Below are positions 6,547 through 14,658 of a stretch of 64,000 nt of DNA, in pieces. Position 1 is the stretch's first letter, and each line of letters begins with the position of its first letter. The notes below the pieces were generated by a model. The model was not told where the DNA came from, searched no databases, and worked only from the letters and a program-made list of their open reading frames with translations. This stretch comes from Anaerolineaceae bacterium (GTDB lineage: Bacteria > Chloroflexota > Anaerolineae > Anaerolineales > Anaerolineaceae), in the NCBI GenBank assembly GCA_040371255.1, contig BAABOD010000001.1, positions 60,545 to 124,544 on the forward strand. Direction: 5' to 3'. A program made the position numbers and the translations under genes.

Positions 6547-9169
6547 GGTATTCCCCCTAACTTGCAGGGCTAACGCTTTGTTTTTGGTATCGTTGCTTTT
6601 TTACGCCTTTTCTCTTTTTTTAGCATCAGTCAAAATTATTGAATGTTGAAGTAATAAACCCAGCTAGCAGTAAAATCGCCGCTTTGATCTACAATAACCG
6701 GATTATCAGAAGGTTCCCAATGATCATTGAACCAAACAGTTATTCCCTGGGTGTAATTTCCCGTTCGAGAATAATCGAAATTAACCTGCATAATTATTTG
6801 GCTGCCTTCCAGAGAAAGATTACCGGAGCCGTTCATAATGTAAGAATAATCATATTCCCAAACTGCATAATGTTTTTCCATATTTGGATCATCAGAAAAA
6901 GCTTCTTTTGCCACACCATTTGCACTGATAAAGGCTCCAATCTCTACATTTCCAGTTTTCGAGCGGTTATCCCAAGTCCCTTCCATGGTAAAGTCAGTGG
7001 TCTCGATATTCCAAAGGAGTGTACCTTCCTGCCTCGTTGTCGCTACATACGGGACGCTCACAGAGAAATGACCATCTTCCTCAATGGGAATAACGCCAAG
7101 CTCTTCTAAAGCAGCAAAGATACCAGCACTTTCCGGAGAATTCAGAGTCCCTTTGGCAAAAACCATACCCGTGGCTTTCTGCTCTCCGATATCGACTTGG
7201 ACGGTTGGAGGGGTTACGATAAACTCGATGGTTTTCAAAACATTGTCAGGTTCATCCGGAGAAACAATTTCAATCTTGTTGGGAGAACCTGCCATCAGAT
7301 GGCCTAAGATTCTAAAAGGCAGGCTGGCTTTGCCCTCGTTATCAATGACTTGCTGCCATTTTTCTTTGTCTTTGACTTCCTCTGCCAACGGGGCAATCCG
7401 AGCGATATAACCGGCATAAGAGGATTTCAATGGTTTTGGTTCGGCTTGATCATAAGCACTGTCGAATACCTGTATCGTTACGAGTGTGTTGAGCTGCTTG
7501 GCAAGTTCATCCAACACCTTTCTAAGTTCAGTTTGCTGTTCAGCAGCTAACTTACGGCTGATTTGGCCAAATACCGGCTGAAGTAAGCCTTGTAGCAGCT
7601 CTATTTTATGATTTCTACTAAGTTCATCCATGATAGCCTGATTCAATCCGCCACCGCCGGTGAATCCATATTTCATTGCCTCATCTTGATAATAAGCTAC
7701 GACAGTTTCATCTTCCCAAAATTGCTTGGTATAACGGTCAATTTCAGCCATGACCTTCTGGTTCAGCTCATCTGGCGATTTAGCCGCCTTAGCCATGGGC
7801 ATTAATATGAGGTACCAATCTTTAGCGGTTCGTTTGGCTTCTCGTTCATAGTAAAGACGATAAGCTTGATCATAGATATCCTTCCTACCGCTGAGAGCCT
7901 CATTGGCAAACTGCGTTATAGAATAATCGATACAAAACACGCCAACAGAAGCGAGGTTCATCATTGAGGTTCCAAATTTGGAAACACTAAAGTTGGTGAG
8001 GTTTTTAATCAAGTTGACATAGAGTGCTGTATTGTTCCCGCTTTGATAGTCCACAGCAGCCTGGGCAATCGCTGAGAGCAAACCCAAGTTGGTCATTAGA
8101 TTGCTGATATTCTCAATAAAATCTGACGCATAAACAACAGAGCTCATATTAAGCCCAGCGCCTGTAATGTTTAGCCAATCGGTGACAATAGCGTTGCCAA
8201 GAACCAGAGCTGAGGGTCCTGGGGTCATATTCTGTTCAATTGCTTCGCGAATAATATCTTCATATTGGGATGATAACGTTGCGGCTCTCATTGCTATACT
8301 AGGGATGGTATATTGGACATAAGCTGCCCGGGTGTATTCTTTCCCTACCACAAAAGCACCAAAAATAGAAAGATGGTCAGTTGTGATAATCACATTACTA
8401 TGGACTTCATCGATGCGAAAATCAACGCTTTCCCATTCCTGAGTACTTTCATTAAAATAAGCCGCGCCTACCTGCCGAGAGACATCCACGTTAGGATCGA
8501 GCTGAGATTTATCATAGGGTAAGGTGATCCACATAACACCAGCTAATTCCTCATCCGTATCGATATCAAAATCATAGCCAGTAATTGAAATTTCTTCCAA
8601 GGGCGGCAAATCATTCCTGGGAGTAATGGTCACTTCGGCTGGATTATTGAGACAAACTGGAGATATTTCTATCCCGACACCATTGTCGGAAACTTCAAAG
8701 ATATTATTGCTCAGAGTTCCAACGATGGCATTTTCATCTGGAACGCTTGCTTCCGTTTTCTGTGTTGTGGTTGGCTGAGGTTCACTTCTATTGCAGGAGG
8801 GAAGAGTTATAACCAAGAATGCAAAGATTAGGAGCAAGCTAAGCGTTTTTTTGGCATTAGTCACAAACAATTGGGGTTTCATTTTTCATCTCTCCTCTCA
8901 GGGTGATTTATTTATAAAGGCTATGGATTCACTGATTAACTCCATACCTACGGATTAATCATTTAACAACACTTACTAACCAACGTTGACGTTGATTTTT
9001 TCATAACTTATCAGTGACATTTCGAGTAAACATTGGTTGCTAAAACAATGAACCTACGAACGGGCTTACAAATGAATTATACATTACTTGTTAGGTTTAA
9101 AAGGCACATTTTTTTGTAATACATTGAAGGCTCCCACCCTCTTTTGGAGATCAGGTCAGGCGGAAAGCC
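6547..9169 (-). mobile_element. AT-rich insertion cassette 2 (748-aa lipoprotein gene) bounded by core copies C and D
   Basis: Lower GC than the flanks. Bounded by the 22-bp core copies in direct orientation. No recombinase gene. Confidence 0.3.
6636..8882 (-). CDS. large secreted/lipoprotein of unknown function
   Basis: 748-aa ORF with RBS GGAGAG. N-terminus MKPQLFVTNAKKTLSLLLIFAFLVITLPSC (signal peptide, lipobox-like LPSC). No domain recognised. Confidence 0.7.
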   Translation of the reverse strand: MKPQLFVTNAKKTLSLLLIFAFLVITLPSCNRSEPQPTTTQKTEASVPDENAIVGTLSNNIFEVSDNGVGIEISPVCLNNPAEVTITPRNDLPPLEEISITGYDFDIDTDEELAGVMWITLPYDKSQLDPNVDVSRQVGAAYFNESTQEWESVDFRIDEVHSNVIITTDHLSIFGAFVVGKEYTRAAYVQYTIPSIAMRAATLSSQYEDIIREAIEQNMTPGPSALVLGNAIVTDWLNITGAGLNMSSVVYASDFIENISNLMTNLGLLSAIAQAAVDYQSGNNTALYVNLIKNLTNFSVSKFGTSMMNLASVGVFCIDYSITQFANEALSGRKDIYDQAYRLYYEREAKRTAKDWYLILMPMAKAAKSPDELNQKVMAEIDRYTKQFWEDETVVAYYQDEAMKYGFTGGGGLNQAIMDELSRNHKIELLQGLLQPVFGQISRKLAAEQQTELRKVLDELAKQLNTLVTIQVFDSAYDQAEPKPLKSSYAGYIARIAPLAEEVKDKEKWQQVIDNEGKASLPFRILGHLMAGSPNKIEIVSPDEPDNVLKTIEFIVTPPTVQVDIGEQKATGMVFAKGTLNSPESAGIFAALEELGVIPIEEDGHFSVSVPYVATTRQEGTLLWNIETTDFTMEGTWDNRSKTGNVEIGAFISANGVAKEAFSDDPNMEKHYAVWEYDYSYIMNGSGNLSLEGSQIIMQVNFDYSRTGNYTQGITVWFNDHWEPSDNPVIVDQSGDFTASWVYYFNIQ

Positions 9170-9191
9170 GTTAGGGCTGATTGAGGGGTGA
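9170..9191 (+). repeat. 22-bp core copy D (GTTAGGGCTGATTGAGGGGTGA)
   Basis: Its last 19 nt match the corresponding part of the methylase terminal sequence (5265..5283) at 18 of 19 positions. Confidence 0.8.
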
Positions 9192-9248
9192 ATCGAACAA
9201 CACGAGTAATACCTTTGCAAAGTATTTTCGTGGCTTTCCTTGCCTCCC

Positions 9249-9692
9249 GTTCTTTCACGATACCCTTCGGGCAGGCTATGCACGCTCCTGACCATGAAAG
9301 GCATTTGACCTTTAGGTCTACAATAAGGAGACCTTCGGTCAACTTCCTCGCTCGGTCAGAGACCGGCGAGAGCAGGCAGTGCTCGCTCGGTACCCTACAA
9401 GTAGGCTGCGCACTCTCCTACCATGAAAGGCATGGGTCCCTTTGTTCTTTCATGGTCTCCTGACCATGAAAGGCATATGACCGTTAGGTCTCAGGTTTCC
9501 TACTCCCATAAGATATCGATAAGTGCAATAAAAAATGGAGACCTGCGGTCAAAATCCTCGCTGGTCCTTACAGGAGGCTCTGCACTGAGGACACCAGCGA
9601 GAACAACCAAAGATGGAGACCGGCGAGAGCAGGGCAGTTTGCTCGCTCGGAACCCTACGAGTAGGCTTCGCACTCAGGAGACCGGCGAGAAC
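9249..9692 (+). repeat. dense array of modular palindromic repeats upstream of uvrB (two complete composite elements plus extra HP3/L modules)
   Basis: Composite elements at 9249..9373 and 9444..9604. Additional CTCGCTCGG[L]..GGAGACCGGCGAGAAC units at 9381..9432 and 9615..9692. Confidence 0.85.
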
Positions 9693-9753
9693 GAGAGCAT
9701 CATAACCTCTGCAAACTGTCTTTGCCATCTTCCCTTGCCTTATAATTATCCCC

Positions 9754-11796
9754 ATGGAATTTGAACTACACGCACCTTATCAACCCACGGGTGACCAGCC
9801 GGAAGCTATCCGCCAGCTCGTCGAGGGCATCAAGAAGGGTTACCGCAATCAAGTGCTGCTGGGCGCCACGGGCACGGGCAAGACTTTCACCGTCGCCAAT
9901 GTCATCCAGGAGCTGCAGATCCCCACCCTGGTGATGACTCACAACAAAACCTTAGCCGCTCAGCTCTACGCCGAGTTCCGCGAGTTTTTCCCCAATAACG
10001 CCGTCGAATACTTCGTCTCTTACTACGACTACTACCAGCCGGAAGCCTACATCCCGCGCCGTGACCTCTACATCGAGAAGGAAACGGACATCAACGAGGA
10101 GATTGAGCGCTTGCGCCTCTCCGCCACCACGAGCTTAATGTCCCGCCAGGATGTCATTATCGTGGCGTCGGTCTCTGCCATCTACGGCTTGGGCGATCCA
10201 GAAGCTTACGGCAAGAGCGTGTTGACCCTCGAGACCGGTAAGATTTACCGCCGCAATGCCCTGCTCCGCCAGCTGGTGGATATCCAATATCAACGCAACG
10301 ATTTCGAGCTCAAGCCCGGCGTCTTCCGCCTGCGCGGGGATACACTCGAGATCCTGCCGGCTTATCGCGACCGCGATATTTACCGCGTCAGCTATTTCGG
10401 CGACGAGGTCGAGCAAATCACCCGCTTGGACCGCATGACTGGTGAAGTCGTTGAAAAGCTGGATAGACTGGATATTTACCCCGCCAAGCACTACATCACG
10501 GAAGAAACACGCAAAGAAACGGTGCTGCAAGGCATCGAGGCTGAGCTGGAGGAACGCTTGGCTTATTTCCGCAAGGAAGGGCGCATCCTCGAGGCGCAGC
10601 GGCTGGAGCAGCGCACACGGTATGACCTGGAAATGCTGCGTGAGGTGGGTTACTGCGCCGGCATCGAAAACTATTCGCGCCACATCGACCAGCGCCCGCC
10701 GGGCTCACCCCCTTGGACGCTGCTGGATTTCATGCCCTCGCGCTACTTGATGGTGCTGGATGAATCGCACATGATGATCCCACAGCTGCGCGGTATGTAC
10801 AATGGCGACCGTTCCCGCAAGGAAGTTCTGGTCGAGTACGGTTTTCGGCTGCCTTCAGCGCTGGATAACCGCCCGCTTAAGTTTCCGGAGTTCGAGAAGA
10901 TGATGGGTATCACGCTCTATACCAGCGCCACCCCAGGTCCTTATGAGATGGGCAAAGCAGACCAGGTGGTCGAGCAGATCATCCGCCCAACAGGCTTAGT
11001 TGACCCGAAGATTACCGTGCGCCCAACCAAAGGGCAAATTGATGATCTCGTGGCAGAGCTACGCAAGCGTATCGCCAATGGCGAGCGCGCACTGGTTACC
11101 ACGCTGACCAAACGCATGGCGGAGGACCTTTCCACCTATCTGACCGAGCTAGGCTTCAAGGTGCACTATTTGCACTCCGAGGTCGAGACGCTGGAGCGCG
11201 TCAGCATCTTGCGGGATTTGCGCATGGGCGTTTACGACGTGGTGGTGGGCATCAACCTGCTGCGCGAGGGGTTAGACTTGCCAGAAGTTTCCCTGGTAGC
11301 AATTATGGATGCTGATAAGGAGGGCTTTTTGCGTTCAGCCACTTCGCTCATCCAAACATTCGGGCGCGCTGCCCGCCATGTGCATGGTGAGGTGATCCTC
11401 TATGCGGATAAGATGACTGACGCGATGCAGACAGCGATCAACGAGACCAACCGCCGGCGTGCCAAGCAGGAAGCCTATAACGAAGCCCATCACATCTCAC
11501 CGGTGAGCATTACCAAAGCCATCAAGGACCTGACAGACCAGTTAGCTTCCGCTGCTGGTGTGGAACGCCCTGCCAGCCGCAATGCGCAGGAGCTGGCAGC
11601 AAAAATGGAAGTGAAAGAGATGGAGCGCATGATTGCCGAGATGGAAAAGCAAATGCGTGCCGCTGCTTCGCAGCTCGAGTTCGAACGCGCCGCGATGCTG
11701 CGCGACCAAATTTACGAACTGCGCGCTATATTAGCCGAGAGTTCTAACTTGCCAGAATGGAAAAAACAAGAGATCTTAGTGGGTAGGGTTGATTAG
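9754..11796 (+). CDS. uvrB: excinuclease ABC subunit B
   Basis: 680 aa. [17 protein letters not shown], Walker [13 protein letters not shown] box, C-terminal UVR domain ([17 protein letters not shown]). Confidence 0.97.
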   Translation: MEFELHAPYQPTGDQPEAIRQLVEGIKKGYRNQVLLGATGTGKTFTVANVIQELQIPTLVMTHNKTLAAQLYAEFREFFPNNAVEYFVSYYDYYQPEAYIPRRDLYIEKETDINEEIERLRLSATTSLMSRQDVIIVASVSAIYGLGDPEAYGKSVLTLETGKIYRRNALLRQLVDIQYQRNDFELKPGVFRLRGDTLEILPAYRDRDIYRVSYFGDEVEQITRLDRMTGEVVEKLDRLDIYPAKHYITEETRKETVLQGIEAELEERLAYFRKEGRILEAQRLEQRTRYDLEMLREVGYCAGIENYSRHIDQRPPGSPPWTLLDFMPSRYLMVLDESHMMIPQLRGMYNGDRSRKEVLVEYGFRLPSALDNRPLKFPEFEKMMGITLYTSATPGPYEMGKADQVVEQIIRPTGLVDPKITVRPTKGQIDDLVAELRKRIANGERALVTTLTKRMAEDLSTYLTELGFKVHYLHSEVETLERVSILRDLRMGVYDVVVGINLLREGLDLPEVSLVAIMDADKEGFLRSATSLIQTFGRAARHVHGEVILYADKMTDAMQTAINETNRRRAKQEAYNEAHHISPVSITKAIKDLTDQLASAAGVERPASRNAQELAAKMEVKEMERMIAEMEKQMRAAASQLEFERAAMLRDQIYELRAILAESSNLPEWKKQEILVGRVD

Positions 11797-11801
11797 GTGG
11801 A

Positions 11802-12095
11802 TCAGAAAGTCACGCGAAAAGAATAGTCTTCACCAGTTGGCGGGAGGTATTCGTACGTGATATCGCGCACATAAGCGCCTGATGGACCTTCATACAGCTT
11901 GCGCAAAAACTCTTCGAGGTCTTGCTGGCTGCCTTCGGCAGAGACTTCCACACGTCCGTTGGGAAGATTGCGCACCCAACCGGTCAAGCCTAATCGCCTC
12001 GCCTGCTCTAAGGTGAAATAACGAAAGCCCACGCCTTGCACGTAGCCCTCGATTTGGGCATGCAAGCGTTTGATCTCGGAAGGATTAGCCTCCAT
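11802..12095 (-). CDS. acyP: acylphosphatase
   Basis: 97 aa. VQGVGFRYF...GLTGWVRNLPNGRVEVSAEG signature. Confidence 0.85.
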   Translation of the reverse strand: MEANPSEIKRLHAQIEGYVQGVGFRYFTLEQARRLGLTGWVRNLPNGRVEVSAEGSQQDLEEFLRKLYEGPSGAYVRDITYEYLPPTGEDYSFRVTF

Positions 12096-12121
12096 CGAAC
12101 CGCAAGCCTGCCTGGAAGGGA

Positions 12122-13300
12122 TTACTCATCCTCTTCCTCGTCGAATTCGTCATCATCTTCGTCGTCGAGGTCATCGAAATCATCATCCCAGTCATCGTCA
12201 TCAACGTAGTGCTGCCATTCGTCGGGATCATAGCCTTCGCTGAGAAAATGGGGACCATCAGTTTCTCCGTCGATCACTTCGAATGCCTCGTTTTCGGCAT
12301 GCGTTTCTTCATCCTCATCATCATGGATCAAATCAGCGTCTATGTCAACGTTCATCAGCTCAAAAATACTCTTATCATTGGTGAAGTTTAATTCGTCTAA
12401 GGCGTCTTCGATGAGGGCAAGCTCCTCTTCATCGTCTATTCGATCCATCAGACGGTAAAAAGCTGCTTCGATGCCTTCGCCGCCAATCTGAGAGAGCGCC
12501 CAAACAAGCTCGTGGCGCAGCTCTTCGTTTTTATACTCCTGGTTGAGCATGTGCAGAAGGGTTTGACGGGCAGCAATGAGGGCTAATTCCCCAGCAGCGT
12601 GAATAGCTTGCAAACGGACTTTGAAGTTTTCGTGTTCTAAGTTTGCCAGCACGAAGCTTTGCCATTGATCATCAGCGGATTTACCCATTGCAAACATTGC
12701 GCTCTCTTGCCAGGTTGCTTCCGGACGGAAATAAGCGGCACGCAGCAACTCCGGGACGGCAGCATGGCTGGAATAGCCTAAAGATTCAAGCACCCGGCGA
12801 CGTACCAGGTCAGAAATGTCGTTTGCGTAGATGTTCAACATCACTTCAACGATGTTCTGCAGCAGGTCAGGATGGATTTTTTCCACCTCGCCAAGATAAA
12901 TATAAGGACCAAGCGCATTAGCAGCCGCCGCTCGCACCCTCTCATTGAGAGCCACATTTTGGAGAAAGCGTAAGAATGTGGGAATCAGCCGGCTGTCTTC
13001 CGCCTGAAAAAGCAGGTCAATCGCTGAAACGAGCACATCGGCATCTTCATCCTCTAAGGCGACTTTGCCAACCTCTTCGAACATCAACAAGTTATCTCTC
13101 TCCGCCATCTCAGTCAGGTCTTCGAGCAAAGTGCGCCGGCGCATCAAAGGTAAGTGCGGCCAGGCTGCCTTTAGGATGCGGATATCATCCGCATTGAGAT
13201 CCGAAAAGGTGTAGAGTAAAGCCGGCGGGAATGGCTTTGATTCGTCTGTCAAGGCGTTTATAGCTTCATTGATATTATGAACTTGGTAGTACTCGTCCAT
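12122..13300 (-). CDS. HEAT-repeat protein with poly-acidic C-terminal tail
   Basis: Repeated helical ..VR..A..ALG.. units. C-terminus DDDDWDDDFDDLDDEDDDEFDEEEDE. Good RBS. Confidence 0.6.
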   Translation of the reverse strand: MDEYYQVHNINEAINALTDESKPFPPALLYTFSDLNADDIRILKAAWPHLPLMRRRTLLEDLTEMAERDNLLMFEEVGKVALEDEDADVLVSAIDLLFQAEDSRLIPTFLRFLQNVALNERVRAAAANALGPYIYLGEVEKIHPDLLQNIVEVMLNIYANDISDLVRRRVLESLGYSSHAAVPELLRAAYFRPEATWQESAMFAMGKSADDQWQSFVLANLEHENFKVRLQAIHAAGELALIAARQTLLHMLNQEYKNEELRHELVWALSQIGGEGIEAAFYRLMDRIDDEEELALIEDALDELNFTNDKSIFELMNVDIDADLIHDDEDEETHAENEAFEVIDGETDGPHFLSEGYDPDEWQHYVDDDDWDDDFDDLDDEDDDEFDEEEDE

Positions 13301-13317
13301 AGTTTGCCCTCCTTCTT

Positions 13318-14394
13318 TCAGGGCAAGGTGATTGGGTTAATAATATCTTGTATGGTGATGTAGAACATCAAGATAACCAGCAGAAAGAAAAACACCGAGT
13401 TTATGGCGTTCGCCACATTTTGCGGCACGCGCTTCTTGAACAGGAACTCTGGTAGTAAGAATAGAATTTGTCCACCATCCAACGCCGGAATGGGCAAAAG
13501 GTTGGTTAAGCCTAAGGCTATCGAGACTGTAGAAATAACCGAGAGGCGGAAAACAGGCAAAGGTGTGGCAGTAGCCACTGGAGCCGTCTCATCGAGCTCG
13601 CTGGCATTGCTGAAAATGTTATAAATCCCAACTACGCCTACCAAACGGGCATTTTCGCCAGATACGCGCCCGGTGATGAGGTTATACGGCAGCGAGACAG
13701 TTTCCCGCAGCTGAGACCAGAAAGCCTGAAAAGCAAAGCCTATCGATTGAGATAGCGGTTGAGGCTCGTAAGGGGTAGTATACCAGATGCCAACCGCACC
13801 CTCACCCTCTGGCGGGTTGACCCGTGGTATCAGCTTGAGTGTTAGGGTTTCATCCCCGCGCACGACGGTGAGACTGATCTCTTTGCCTAAGTTAGCTTGG
13901 ATGATAGTGCCCAGATCGTTCACATCGTTTAGCTTGGTTTCGTTAACCGCCGTGATAACATCACCGACTTGCAACCCAGCCATCTCGGCAGGGGAATTGG
14001 GAGAGATGTCAGTAATTAGGACCTTATCCACTGCTGGGGCGCCAACACCCGCAAAGAGGATGATTAAGACAACAACGCCAACCACAAAGTTCATCATTGG
14101 GCCGGAGATGAGCACCAAGAAACGCTTCCACGCAGGGGCTGCAGCCATCCCGCCGGGCACGGTTTCATCCCCCTCCCCTTTGGGGCGAACAAAGCCGCCA
14201 AATGGGATCCAGTTGAGGGTAACGTCGGTGCCCTTCCAGGTGAACAGTTTCACCATCCTTGGCGGGTAACCAAATCCAAATTCTTCCACTTCAATGCCTA
14301 AAGCTTTGCTGCTAAGGAAATGCCCCAATTCGTGGAAGAAGATCAGCAGCCCAAAAAAGAAGACAAACTCAATAATGGTTAGAATACTCGACAT
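13318..14394 (-). CDS. rseP: RIP metalloprotease RseP (site-2 protease, M50 family, PDZ domain)
   Basis: HELGHF zinc motif in TM1, central PDZ-like segment (PAEMAGLQVGDVITAVN), C-terminal NLLPIPALDGG motif. Confidence 0.9.
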   Translation of the reverse strand: MSSILTIIEFVFFFGLLIFFHELGHFLSSKALGIEVEEFGFGYPPRMVKLFTWKGTDVTLNWIPFGGFVRPKGEGDETVPGGMAAAPAWKRFLVLISGPMMNFVVGVVVLIILFAGVGAPAVDKVLITDISPNSPAEMAGLQVGDVITAVNETKLNDVNDLGTIIQANLGKEISLTVVRGDETLTLKLIPRVNPPEGEGAVGIWYTTPYEPQPLSQSIGFAFQAFWSQLRETVSLPYNLITGRVSGENARLVGVVGIYNIFSNASELDETAPVATATPLPVFRLSVISTVSIALGLTNLLPIPALDGGQILFLLPEFLFKKRVPQNVANAINSVFFFLLVILMFYITIQDIINPITLP

Positions 14395-14486
14395 AATTAA
14401 AACTCCTTAGTATCAGAAATTATACCTAGAATAAAAAAATAAATTCAGATGCTTCAAGCGCTGTATAAGTCAGCCTATTTCATCTT

Positions 14487-14526
14487 GTTCTCGCCGGTCG
14501 CCGAGTGCGCAGCCTACCCGTAGGGT
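14487..14526 (-). repeat. interspersed repeat module (GTTCTCGCCGGTCGCC + L module)
   Basis: GTTCTCGCCGGTCGCCGAGTGCGCAGCCTACCCGTAGGGT in the rseP/dinG divergent intergenic region. Confidence 0.8.
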
Positions 14527-14658
14527 CCCATGCTAGAAAACGGATTCTTATCTTAATTTAGGACATTTCAAATTTGCTACTTTAGGATAGTATCACTTTG
14601 CTCTTACATCTTTTTTAATTTTACTCTTCGCCACCTCGCCTGATGTATAATTTTCCCC

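Noticed and set aside
9176-9250. tRNA-like fragment (GGGGTGAATCGAAC resembles a reverse-complemented T-arm/acceptor end) as an integration target
   Set aside because: I could not fold a cloverleaf. The T-loop consensus is imperfect (GAATCGAAC rather than GATTCGAAC-type) and no matching acceptor or anticodon arms are apparent.
9150-9700. Possible CRISPR array, because of many short repeated units upstream of uvrB
   Set aside because: The units are of several different types, mostly palindromic. They are irregularly spaced and nested, without uniform repeat-spacer periodicity, and no cas genes are present in the window.
9188-9764. ORFs 9188-9463 and 9423-9764, and also 6236-6457, 6363-6560 and 27272-27532, lying in repeat-filled intergenic DNA
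   Set aside because: They are read-throughs of the palindromic repeat modules (translations repeat motifs such as PDHERHLTFRS). They lack RBS or coding periodicity.
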